From positions 112,592,001 through 112,656,000 of the forward strand of contig OX597817.1 of assembly GCA_951406725.2 (NCBI GenBank): 64,000 nt of DNA, given 5' to 3'. The position numbers and the translations under genes are program-made. This document shows, in pieces, positions 56,451 to 64,000 of this stretch. The number at the start of each line of letters is the position of its first letter. Position 1 is the stretch's first letter. This stretch comes from Octopus vulgaris (Eukaryota). The notes beneath the pieces are model-generated. The model saw only the letters and a list, made by a program, of their open reading frames with translations. It had not been told where the DNA came from and ran no database searches.

Positions 56451-59004
56451 TGTATGTATGTATGTATGTATGTATGTATGTATGTATGTATGTATGTATG
56501 TATGTATGTGTGTGTGTGTATGTAAGTATGTATGTATAACTGTTATTCATAGTAAATTGGCAGTATTAAAGTATCAGAAATAATGATATTTGTTCCAGCT
56601 CTCTGTGTTCTACTTTCAGAGTCTACCGAGCAGAATTCTACTTTTTGTCAGCATGGCTGACACTCGCTGACGATACATTGAAGAGGCCAGGGAACAGAAG
56701 AAAGAAGAAGAAAGAAGACATGCACCTAACACCAGAGCTGAAGACACCTCCGAAAGGGGGGCCCCGCCACATCAAAACGGTAGAGGAGTAGGGGCTGAAA
56801 CCGGATGTGGTTCCTCCTGATGATGTCTTGAGCTAACTGGATCCCATAAAGGAGCTGTTGTGGTAGAAGGCCACGAAACACGGTTGTAATTCCTCCAAAG
56901 GTTGTGGACTAGCAGAATGGGCAATGAACTAAATATCTTAGAATATTTAAGTCTCATCACTCTATGTTATGTTGTTCATTGTTCCAGGATCAATGAACAA
57001 AAAGCAAGCCCAGCCAGTACTGCAGTAGATTCTTTTTCTGTAACTCTTTAATCCCTCTCTTTCTCTCTCTCGCTCTCTCTCTCTCTTTCTCTCTGGTACA
57101 AATTGGTGGTTGTCATACCTAGAGAAGGACATGCTCTGCCCAGTTAAAAATAACACATTAATGATGCCTCAAAGATTTCACCAGGAGTGGAAGACCCAAG
57201 GAAGAAAGGGACATTACTAAAATATTCCATACTCCCCATAAAATCTGAATCCTGAATTGAATTATATTTAAGGGAGGAAACAAGACCAGGAATTGTAACA
57301 TTCATGACATTTTCCCCTTACTTCAATAACAGAAGTGCAATGATCATGTAATTATGAAACCACCATTTGCTAATGAGTTTAAACTTTACTCCAATTAACT
57401 TCTGTTTCAACAATTGTCTTGTACTTTTTTTGACTGACATAAAAACAGGTTGAGTGGTTAACTGTAATGAAGATAAAAAAGGTAAAGTTACCTTGATGAG
57501 GTATACTGACTCATAAGGGTTGGTTTCCCAGTTTTATGGCATATATATTCCCCATCTAGATGGGATGCTGATCCATCACAAGATTACTCATTTTTGTCAG
57601 CTGAGTAGACTGGAGCAACATGAAATGAAGTGTTTTGCTCAAGAACACAATGCATCACCCAGTCCAGGATTTGAAACCAGAATTTTATGACCATGAGTTC
57701 AACACCCTTAACCACTAAGCTATGTGTCTCCACCACAGTAATGAAGGGCATCCAGCTGCAACAATAATTTTTGAAAAGAAGAAAAACGAAAAAAGACATT
57801 CCACCCAAGTAAAAATGAAAAAATAAGAATCAAACAGAAAATAAAAAGGGAAGCCGCAAAAAATAAATAGTAATTATAGAATTTAAGCTATGAAGATGTA
57901 GTGGGGAAAGTGGTAATGCTGATAGTGATAATGGGGATGATGGTGATGATGTCACTGGCGGTGGTGGTGGTGGAGCTTGTGGGAGTAATGATAATGATAG
58001 TGGTTGTTCAATTAGTTTATCTAGATATGAGTAATATTTATTTATATTTTGGTGCCATTTAAGTTTTTCTAAAATCTAAGGCCACCATGTCTAACATCAC
58101 TATTTATTCTCTTTTCTTGTTATTCAATGAAAACATTGCTAAAGCGTGGGAGCATCTGGGAGTATAGATAGAGAGAATGGTCTGCATAGTTATGGGAGTA
58201 AGTTATGGTAGGGAGGAACTGTTGATTAAACCTAATTTTAACAGAATCTTTTTCACACAGATTCTTGTCTTATATCCATCTTCAAAAAAAATCTCTTATG
58301 TAGTTATTAGTATTAACACTGTCACATCACAAATGTATGGGCTTTATAATTTACTTGGACCACATGGTTAATTCACTTTCAATGTCTCCCTTAATTGTAT
58401 TTAGATTTATGACAACAAAAGGCGTTTTCTATCCCAGAAAATGAAAGAAGACATTACAAGTGAATTCAATCATCTTGACTAAATAATCCTGTGCAATAGG
58501 TGATAATTTAGAGCTTAAAACCTCTGTTGGTTGTGAGAATGGCAGTAACCTCAGCCATCACACTACTACCATGATCACAATCTTATTTTGATTGATTAAT
58601 CTTGACAAAGAGTTTGTTACATCTTAATGATATCTTAAGCATTTTCTGCAAAGACCATTACTTGCACATCTCTAAAATTCACTGAGCTACAAGTAGTGAT
58701 GTGCTGTCATTTCTCTGTTAATAAAAAAAATCATCCACTGTACTGCACTTCAAAGATGTGTAGAATAAGAGATATATTATTTGAAAAACAAGTAAGAGTT
58801 AATGATGAGAAAAGTAATGCTTCAATAATATATTTGTATAATTCCTCCAAGCACAGAAAGCAGATATAAATCTAAACCAGTGGTTCTCAACCAGGTCCAT
58901 ATGACCCCAGGGGTTCCATATGAGATTTTTTGGGGAATGGGGCTAGGAGACAAAATAGTAAATTGGAGATCTACAGTAGTATATATATATATATATGTGT
59001 GTGC

Positions 59005-59058
<54 letters not shown>

Positions 59059-59059
59059 A

Positions 59060-59095
<36 letters not shown>

Positions 59096-60773
59096 CTTGG
59101 AAATGGATGCAAGGCATTCATTCAAATAACAATATAAATAATATATACAGGGGTTGGACAAAATAATGGAAACACCTTAAAATTTCAAACAAATTTATTC
59201 TAATATGGGGTAGGACTGCCTTTGGCAATAATTACAGCTTGAATTCTATGAGGTATGGACTCATACAAAGTTTGAATCATTTCCAAAGGAATTTTTGTCC
59301 ATTCTTCAGCTAAAACAGTTTCCAGGTCTTGTAGTGATGATGTTGGAGGATATCGACTCCTTACTTGTTTTTCTAAAATGCACCTTAAATGTTCAATAAT
59401 ATTGAGATCTGGGGACTGTGGTGGCCAGATAAGATGTTCAACTTCACTAGAATGTTCCTCGTGCCATTCAGTAACAACTTTAGCTGTGTGAATTGGTGCA
59501 TTATCATCCTGAAAGATTGCATTTCCCTCTGGAAACAGTTACACAACTATAAGATGAATTTGATCAGATAAAATGCTTAAATAGTCTTGACTATTAATTC
59601 TGCCATGAAGGGAAACCATTGGGTAGGCAGATTTTCAAGATATAGCCCCCAAGATCATCACAGATCCTCCTCCATGTTTAACAGTTGGAAGAATGCAGTC
59701 TGGGTCAAATGCTTCTTTTGGCTATCTCCAAATGTATACTTGGCTGGTGGTCGGAAATAAGGTAAAGGATGACTCGTCCGAGATAATAACATTCTTCCAC
59801 TGCTCTAGGGACCAATTCTGTAGGTTCTTACTCCATTCCAAACGCTTTGCAATGTTTGTTTTTGAAAGTGGTGGTTTTCTAAATGCAACCCTCCCGTGAA
59901 ATCCAGCTTTGTGCAGCTCCCAGTGAACAGTTTTTGTGGAAACTGGGTTCTTGAGGTGGTTATTAAGCTCTGCAGTAATTTTGGGAGCTGTACTTTTGTG
60001 ATCCTTTCTAACAATTTGTATAAGAAACCGATGGTCCCTATCTGAAAGTTTTGGTTTTCTTCTGGAGTTTTGTTCTGACAAGGAGGTTTTTCTCTCTTTC
60101 TCAAAGGCTGTCATTACTTTCGAGACAGTACTTCTTGATACACCAAACATTTCGGCTGGTTTTATATCACTAGTGCCTGCTACATGAGCACCAAGAATTT
60201 GACCTCTTTGAAAGTCTGATAGATCTGTCATTTTAATGAATTTTGATTACCTTTTTCTGATGATATCTGAAAAGAAACAGCAATTTTAGCAAAACATATA
60301 AAGCAACACTAATAATAAATAAAAAAAAGACATAAAAATAAACAAGCTTTTGACGGTTATATAGATATTTCAAAATTAAGATGCTATGCTGCTGGGTATT
60401 TCCATTATTTTGTCCAGTCTGTATTTAGATGTATTTATTGCAAGATGCAGCTAGATTTCTTTCACAAACGTTTTACAAAGTTCAACCTATACAAATGAAT
60501 GAGTACACAGCAAAATATGAATTTTAAAAGAAGTATCTATAAAACTAGTTTCCAAACATTGAATGGCTGGGGGGGGGGGCACCAGAATAAAATAGTAATC
60601 AAAGGGGTTCATAGATGAAAAATGGTTGAAAACCATTTATTTGAACAGACACCCCAACAAAAAAACATAACATTGATTTTTTCCAAAGCCAAGATGGTTA
60701 ATAAGTAGTAAAATCCATTTCTAAATTGTGATTATATGTGATATCTACTACAGGTGATATCTTTAAAAATCTG

Positions 60774-60806
<33 letters not shown>

Positions 60807-61420
60807 CCAGGCAGCTTGGTATACAGAATTAAATATACTGCTTAAATAGATTTGAATTCAAGAACCTTGTAGTAGTTTTGAATACAAAACAAGAATTGTA
60901 GTCCAATACAGATTTAATACAGCCATTTTCATATCTTATCAGCATACATAATGTTCACTTGACATTAATGTGAAATAATTATAATGGTGACAGCTTCCCA
61001 ATAACCTAGTATCAACTTTAAATTAATAAAACCTCAGTGTTAAAGATATGCATATAATGTCAAAGACACTACCTGAAGTGCAATAATAAAAAAAACTGTT
61101 TAATTGGCAAACCTTTACCCACCAAATCTCTCAAATGCTTGCATTAAATTTTCCCTTATATTACTACACACTAATTTAATAATGCTTATAAAACTTGTGA
61201 AAGATGGCCTACTACTTCTGTCTTAAATTAACTGATTGTAGGAAGTAAATTAGCATACTTACGACATAGAAACTGATCAGGAGAAAGTTCACTCACTAAT
61301 TGTCCTGAAACACTGAGAGGTAATTCACAGGTGACATTTGACCTGTCCCCCAGTAACCTCAATTTATCTGACAACCATTTCAACTTGCAGTCACATACCA
61401 ATGGATTCCCCTGCAAATTA
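5681..61420 (-). CDS. PXDN: Peroxidasin, 5'-incomplete in this window. join(61263-61420,47984-48101,45331-45500,41628-41681,38332-38601,34879-34995,31392-31547,28610-28876,26838-27104,25010-25243,23603-24892,21249-21366,18426-18634,15539-15807,9825-9941,5681-5773)
   Basis: Domain order LRRCT - 4xIg - animal heme peroxidase - coiled coil - vWC is diagnostic of peroxidasin. All 16 exons have AG acceptors and the 15 non-terminal ones have GT donors; phases match and the summed length (3907 nt) keeps the frame to TAA. Confidence 0.95.
6319..7025 (+). mobile_element. Repeat family C with internal hairpin tandem units and a (GAT)n tail; related at about 37048-37485(-), 54355-54693(+), 21655-21860(-)
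   Basis: Repeated gtgccNgtggcacNtaaaa units; tail ggttggcgttaggaagggcatccagc...aacccatgctagcatggaaa...(gat)n shared with the RTE fragment at 47.5 kb. Confidence 0.75.
8830..9372 (-). mobile_element. Decayed RTE-like LINE, post-RT region
   Basis: Minus-strand fragments [17 protein letters not shown] and [11 protein letters not shown], with stops and frameshifts. Confidence 0.5.
9825..9941 (-). CDS. PXDN: Peroxidasin exon: vWC domain N-half (not in ORF track)
   Basis: [39 protein letters not shown] (W...CxxCxC); ttttccag / GTAAGT; phase 0/0. Confidence 0.92.
10140..10453 (-). mobile_element. CR1-clade LINE 3' end (same family as 42655-43190)
   Basis: Reverse complement of about 42915-43190; ends in a triplet tail. 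Confidence 0.75.
10470..10880 (-). pseudogene. Decayed duplicate (pseudo-exon) of the coding exon at 15539-15807 plus flanking intron
   Basis: Colinear similarity to about 15370-15845, e.g. tcaagattctt, atgccttcta, tgagtctcttggcaaatttg; donor GT changed to AT at 10591; indels. Confidence 0.85.
11302..11339 (+). ncRNA. Minimal type-I hammerhead-like motif with variant core CCGACGA
   Basis: ctgt-CCGACGA-acg(ggaa)cgt-GAAACtcagaGTA-acag; stems I, II and III all pair. Confidence 0.6.
11629..12070. mobile_element. Inverted-repeat element, probable Penelope-like pseudo-LTR (pLTR) remnant, in a (TA)n tract
   Basis: 38-bp inverted repeat 11629-11666 / 12015-12052 with one mismatch, enclosing a hammerhead motif. 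Confidence 0.6.
11840..11915 (+). ncRNA. Minimal type-I hammerhead ribozyme motif
   Basis: aatgca-CTGAAGA-[stem II containing gaattac/gtaattc]-GAAACtgagGTA-tgcatt; 6-bp stem I. Confidence 0.7.
12248..12306 (-). ncRNA. Minimal type-I hammerhead ribozyme motif (left arm of palindrome; sense to peroxidasin pre-mRNA)
   Basis: Minus strand reads gggt-CTGAAGA-...-GAAACcctggGTA-accc. Confidence 0.65.
12344..12402 (+). ncRNA. Minimal type-I hammerhead ribozyme motif (right arm of palindrome)
   Basis: gggt-CTGAAGA-[ctgtaaagc/gctttatgg stem]-GAAACcctggGTA-acct. Confidence 0.65.
12528..12922 (+). mobile_element. tRNA-derived SINE family A
   Basis: A box tggctgtgtgg, B box ggttcagtccc, internal (TA)n(TG)n, tail tgactgaaacaagtaaaag; many copies in window. 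Confidence 0.85.
14598..14970 (+). mobile_element. SINE family A copy
   Basis: Highly similar to 12528-12922. Confidence 0.85.
15539..15807 (-). CDS. PXDN: Peroxidasin exon: post-peroxidase linker and amphipathic coiled coil
   Basis: CQKSGEFQS...SSRRS...[25 protein letters not shown]; tttcag / GTATGT; phase 1/0. Confidence 0.88.
18426..18634 (-). CDS. PXDN: Peroxidasin exon: end of peroxidase domain
   Basis: [29 protein letters not shown]...MWSDCCF; ttccag / GTAAAA; phase 2/1. Confidence 0.95.
19970..20307 (+). mobile_element. tRNA-derived SINE family B; copies at about 1-330(-) and 44754-45090(+), related heads at about 50675-50900(-) and 57490-57730(-)
   Basis: tggctcagtggttag A box, B-box-like motif, conserved gtgttcttgagcaaaacact core. 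Confidence 0.8.
21249..21366 (-). CDS. PXDN: Peroxidasin exon: peroxidase C-terminal part
   Basis: [11 protein letters not shown]...[21 protein letters not shown]; ctttag / GTTTGA; phase 1/2. Confidence 0.95.
23603..24892 (-). CDS. PXDN: Peroxidasin 1290-nt exon: catalytic core of animal heme peroxidase
   Basis: [11 protein letters not shown] (distal Gln/Asp/His), [11 protein letters not shown] (Ca site), GDHRANEQ (Arg/Glu), AAFRVGH (proximal His), [10 protein letters not shown]; ctttag / GTTAGT. Confidence 0.97.
25010..25243 (-). CDS. PXDN: Peroxidasin exon: start of peroxidase domain
   Basis: ANLSGC...[20 protein letters not shown]...[17 protein letters not shown]; ttccag / GTAATA; phase 1/1. 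Confidence 0.95.
26838..27104 (-). CDS. PXDN: Peroxidasin exon: helical linker before the peroxidase domain
   Basis: [30 protein letters not shown] resembles the peroxidasin pro-region; tttcag / GTAAGT; phase 1/1. Confidence 0.9.
27336..28400 (-). mobile_element. Tigger/pogo-like DNA transposon relic
   Basis: TA+caggcagtcctc end; minus-strand IFN..DETGL, FNMYYTR and NIWNVINN...W...STL..CW fragments. Confidence 0.55.
28610..28876 (-). CDS. PXDN: Peroxidasin exon: Ig4
   Basis: [21 protein letters not shown]...[15 protein letters not shown]; atctag / GTAGGT; phase 1/1. Confidence 0.92.
31392..31547 (-). CDS. PXDN: Peroxidasin exon: Ig3 C-half (not in ORF track)
   Basis: [51 protein letters not shown]; tcacag / GTAAGT; phase 1/1. 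Confidence 0.9.
31723..32237 (+). mobile_element. Head-to-tail dimeric SINE inserted into a family D SINE
   Basis: Two tRNA-like heads (31723 and about 31929), each followed by a ggcccatgagcct...aaaggg.gcat tail; flanked by aaaagggtgaaagg direct repeats. Confidence 0.7.
33122..33333. mobile_element. piggyBac-like MITE (same family as 2479-2675)
   Basis: TTAA flanks; shared internal tttgaattaatcatgcat...gctttgagatt...ggctggata. Confidence 0.65.
33258..34391. repeat. Near-identical tandem duplication (units 33258-33823 and 33824-34391)
   Basis: 566/568-bp units; visible differences are one G/A substitution and homopolymer length. Confidence 0.93.
34879..34995 (-). CDS. PXDN: Peroxidasin exon: Ig3 N-half (not in ORF track)
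   Basis: [38 protein letters not shown]; tttcag / GTATGT; phase 1/1. Confidence 0.92.
37555..37745 (-). mobile_element. RTE-clade LINE apurinic endonuclease fragment
   Basis: FYDSL...[12 protein letters not shown]...HGVHG. Confidence 0.7.
38332..38601 (-). CDS. PXDN: Peroxidasin exon: Ig2
   Basis: GDNITLQC...[10 protein letters not shown]...[12 protein letters not shown]; ttccag / GTAAGT; phase 1/1. Confidence 0.92.
39061..39247. repeat. (ATT)n microsatellite; partner tract at 40426-40480
   Basis: Direct reading. Confidence 0.95.
39248..40425 (-). mobile_element. 5'-truncated R4/Dong-like non-LTR retrotransposon (zinc knuckle + restriction-like endonuclease), with 3' UTR
   Basis: ORF 39443-40405: AAQDQ, decayed CCHC (WRVC...[10 protein letters not shown]), RHD, NRPDI...[20 protein letters not shown]; embedded in (TAA)n on both sides. 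Confidence 0.88.
41628..41681 (-). CDS. PXDN: Peroxidasin 54-nt Pro-rich linker exon between Ig1 and Ig2
   Basis: [17 protein letters not shown]; GC-rich island in an AT-rich intron; ttttctcattttctatcag acceptor, GTAAGT donor; symmetric phase 1/1. Confidence 0.72.
42655..43190 (+). mobile_element. CR1-clade LINE 3' fragment
   Basis: [14 protein letters not shown]...HGHVYKV...[18 protein letters not shown]....SFK resembles the CR1 ORF2 C-terminus. Confidence 0.75.
43735..44135 (-). mobile_element. SINE family A copy (older); similar at about 36030-36470
   Basis: Reverse complement of family A head and tail. Confidence 0.75.
45331..45500 (-). CDS. PXDN: Peroxidasin exon: Ig1 C-half (not in ORF track)
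   Basis: QVLAQS...[38 protein letters not shown] (DxGxYxC motif); ttctacag / GTGAGT; phase 2/1. Confidence 0.9.
46520..46735 (-). mobile_element. SINE family D; copies at about 17510-17725(+), 6065-6255(-), 51720-51895(-), 35030-35245(-)
   Basis: gagttcaaattcc B box and a core like ctttcatcc...ataaaataagtacc, resembling the Deu/Nin SINE core (family name inferred). Confidence 0.65.
47110..47430 (+). mobile_element. RTE-clade LINE reverse transcriptase fragment
   Basis: [46 protein letters not shown]; followed by a 3' tail with GAT repeats. Confidence 0.8.
47984..48101 (-). CDS. PXDN: Peroxidasin exon: Ig1 N-half (not in ORF track)
   Basis: [39 protein letters not shown]; pyrimidine tract + cag, donor GTAAAA; phase 1/2. 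Confidence 0.92.
50003..50121. repeat. Compound (AAT)n-(CTA)n-(CAC)n microsatellite
   Basis: Direct reading. Confidence 0.9.
50951..51346 (+). mobile_element. SINE family A copy
   Basis: Highly similar to 12528-12922. Confidence 0.85.
52351..52659 (-). mobile_element. Older, very short R4/Dong-like 3' remnant
   Basis: Minus strand [12 protein letters not shown]...[14 protein letters not shown] resembles the C-terminus of the element at 39443; flanked by ATT/ATC-type triplet repeats. Confidence 0.6.
55190..55600 (+). mobile_element. SINE family A copy
   Basis: Highly similar to 12528-12922. Confidence 0.85.
56420..56520. repeat. (TATG)n/(TG)n microsatellite; similar at 54214-54358
   Basis: Direct reading. 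Confidence 0.95.
58878..60638. mobile_element. hAT-like non-autonomous element interrupted by the Tc1 insertion
   Basis: TIR cagtggttctcaacc / ggttgaaaaccattt; 8-bp flanks atctaaac / atttgaac; a related right end lies at about 16700-16800. Confidence 0.6.
59148..60421 (-). mobile_element. Tc1-family DNA transposon with decayed transposase
   Basis: Terminal inverted repeats (TIRs) caggggttggacaaaataatggaaacacc / ggtatttccattattttgtccagtctg; TA at both ends; ORF 59722-60231 ([15 protein letters not shown]); downstream QDDNAPIH and [12 protein letters not shown] motifs after a stop. Confidence 0.92.
61263..61420 (-). CDS. PXDN: Peroxidasin exon: last LRR end and LRRCT cap
   Basis: [16 protein letters not shown]...VTCELP...FLC; acceptor ttgcag, donor GTAAGT; phase 2 in, 1 out. 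Confidence 0.92.
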
Positions 61421-61502
61421 CTGCAATATAAAAATAAGAATGCCATATAAATTAATTTTGTATATAAAATGAAATTTTATCTCATATTGAAGGTGTTGAA
61501 AA

Positions 61503-61668
61503 AGGAGTGGCTGTGTGGTAAGTAGCTTGCTTACGAACCACATGGTTCCGGGTTTAGTCCCACTGCGTGGCATCTTGGGCAAGTGTCTTCTGCTATAGCC
61601 CCGGGCTGACCAATGCCTTGTGAGTGGATTTGGTAGACGGAAACTGAAAGAAGCCTGTCGTATATATG

Positions 61669-61703
<35 letters not shown>

Positions 61704-61903
61704 TTGTGTGTCTGTGTTTGTTCCCCTAGCATTGCTTGACAAACGATGGTGGTGTGTTTACGTCCCTGTAACTTAGCAGTTTGGCAAAAGAGACTGATAG
61801 AATAAGTACTGGGCTTACAAAGAATAAGTCCCGGGGTCGATTTGCTTGACTAAAGGCGGTGCTCCAGCATGGCTGCAGTCAAATGACTGAAACAAGTAAA
61901 GAG
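61503..61903 (+). mobile_element. SINE family A copy
   Basis: Highly similar to 12528-12922; starts about 80 nt from the LRRCT exon acceptor. Confidence 0.85.
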
Positions 61904-63305
61904 TATGCTGTTTTTATAGTACAAATGAACTCATTCTCAATGTTTTCTTTTAATTTTGTTGTTGCTGGATATGAACGCATCAATTATAAACATAACTTTA
62001 TTACAAAAATAACATTGTTTCAAGGAATGCATAACCAACCTCTCAATATACAAAGCTACTATGTAAGCTCCTTCCCTTCCTTGCATTCTATATACTTCTT
62101 TTACTATTTATTTACCACTATACTCACAATACAGTTTTTCAAAGCAGATGGTAAAATAGAAACAAAGCAATTTGACAGCCAGTTGATAGAGGTAAGCAAC
62201 TTGTGCAATACAGGGGAACACATTAAAATAAATAAGATATGTAAAGACAACTGGAAGTTTATTTGTTATTTATTTATTTATTTATTGCTGAAGGTTACTT
62301 AAATACTGAAAATATATTTTTGCTACTAAATACATAAAATAGATCCTGCATAAAAACAAAAAGCAAAGTGCATTAGATGAATATATCTATGTAGCTATAC
62401 ACACATGACATTGAGATAGGATTATTATATTATGAAGTAGAAGCACTTTGTATAAATGCAATGTCATTACCAGTTCAAATATGCTTGGGGCATGTTTAAA
62501 CACAGAGAATGGCTTGTTTATGAGTCCAAATGTGCCACAAGCATATCTGAACTGACAATAACATTAGATTTATTATAATTTTAAGAAAAAAACTAAGCTA
62601 GTGGAATGCTAAAAATGGCAAGTCATTAGACTAAATAATTAACAGTTTATTTTTAATTTCTCTATATTTTGAGTTCAAACTGTACCAGGATCAGTTCTGA
62701 CTTCTATTCTTCTGCAGTTGATAAAGTAACCACCAAGCATGTTATCATATTGATTCAATCTGATGGGAACCATTCTTTTTATTCAGATTAGTTTAAATTT
62801 GTGTGCTTTGTGTAAATAAGAACATTATTATGATATAATTTCAGGAAACTATTTGTATCATGGTTTGATTATAAAACAAGGTTTCATATAAGTGCAAGTA
62901 TGGCTATGTGGTTAAGAAACTCACTTTGCAACCTTATGGTTTCAGGTTCAGTCCCACTGAGTAGCAACTTGGGCAAGTGTCTTCTACAACAAGCCCTGGG
63001 ATGACTAATGCCTAATGAATGAATTTATTAGATGGAAACTATGTGGAAGATTAAATATATATATATATATATATAAATGAAACCAACAGAATAAGTACCA
63101 GACTTTAAAAAATAAGTACTCAGGTAAATCTGTTCATCTAAACCCTCAAAGGCAGTGTCCTGAATGAAATAAGTAATAGATAGAAGTTAGAAATCAGCTA
63201 TCTCTTTGAAAGAGCTGGAATAAGTAACTACAATCCTTAAACCTTGTAAAAGTACCTACTGTATTTGCTGTTGCCACTAAAAGCTCGATAATATATCTTT
63301 GTTAA

Positions 63306-63489
63306 CCCTTTCGTTACCAACCCAGCTGAAACTGGCTCTGGCTCTGAGTACAAATGTCTTGTTTAGTCACAATTTATGCTCCTAATACTAGCTGAATGAT
63401 AACCAAGTTATTTTACTAAATTCTTTGTTATATTTAAAGTAATTGAAAGAAACACAGAGCATCTCAAAATAAATACAGTAACGAAAGGG
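63306..63489. mobile_element. piggyBac-like MITE, second family
   Basis: ttaa + ccctttcgttac ... gtaacgaaaggg (12-bp perfect TIR); right TTAA decayed. Confidence 0.6.
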
Positions 63490-63576
63490 GTGATCATCCT
63501 TACAAAAGAAATACCATTTTCAGCAGTTGTTTTTGATCTTAGAAGACTTACAAAAGAAATATATTAATGAAATATA

Positions 63577-64000
63577 CGTGGGTGGGCAGAAAAGTTCACA
63601 GGCTGACTATGAAGGTGTGATGCTAGAGCTGTGCAATCTTACAGGCATTAATTTCAATTCTTCTTATTAATAACTGCATTGTTTCTTTCCTCGTATGAAA
63701 ACTGACATCTGACTGTTCAAAGAAGACTTCAAAAATAACAAGTAGCAACTTCTCTTGAAAACGAACAAAATTTGGTGCCATGGTGTTACCAAGTACCTGC
63801 AGAAAAAAAAGGTTTAGTCCCCAAGGACATTCATGCTGACATGGTTGTTACATTAGAGGATGGCACTCCAGCTTTATCAACAGGGCAAAAGTGGACGGCT
63901 GAATTTAGGAGAGGAACAGAGAGTCTTGAAGATGACCCAAGGCCTGATTGTCTTCCAACTGCCACCACTGAGAGAAACATTGATCATGTGCATCACATGC
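63577..64000 (+). mobile_element. mariner-family transposon 5' part with frameshifted transposase HTH, running off the window
   Basis: From 63811: GLVPKDIHADMVVTLEDGTPALSTGQKWTAEFRRGTESLEDDPR...TATTERNIDHVH; TA precedes the putative TIR. Confidence 0.8.

Noticed and set aside
61421-64000. Further LRR exons; ORF 61859-62302
   Set aside because: No LRR-like frame with splice sites found by eye; the ORF starts in a SINE tail and has no recognisable motif.

Overview
AT-rich, microsatellite- and SINE-dense animal genomic DNA. The repeat families resemble coleoid cephalopod (Octopus-like) repeats; this is an inference. The window is dominated by one minus-strand peroxidasin gene (PXDN-like). I traced 16 coding exons with GT-AG borders and mutually compatible phases, from the LRR C-terminal cap (61263-61420) through four Ig domains, the heme peroxidase domain and a coiled coil to the vWC domain and stop (5681). 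They total 3907 nt, about 1300 codons; the signal peptide and LRR exons lie beyond the right edge. The introns hold tRNA-derived SINEs, RTE and CR1 LINE relics, two R4/Dong-like elements inside (TAA)n tracts, and Tc1, mariner, Tigger, hAT and piggyBac-type DNA elements. The most unusual signal is a 1.3-kb cluster (11.2-12.5 kb) of three unrelated inverted-repeat elements separated by (TA)n/(CA)n tracts. Together they carry four minimal type-I hammerhead-ribozyme motifs of the kind found in Penelope-like elements. Other notable items: a decayed duplicate of a coding exon with a mutated donor, a near-perfect 566-bp tandem duplication, a 65-nt near-perfect intronic hairpin, and a dimeric SINE flanked by a target-site duplication (TSD). 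Exon borders were counted by hand; repeat borders are approximate.
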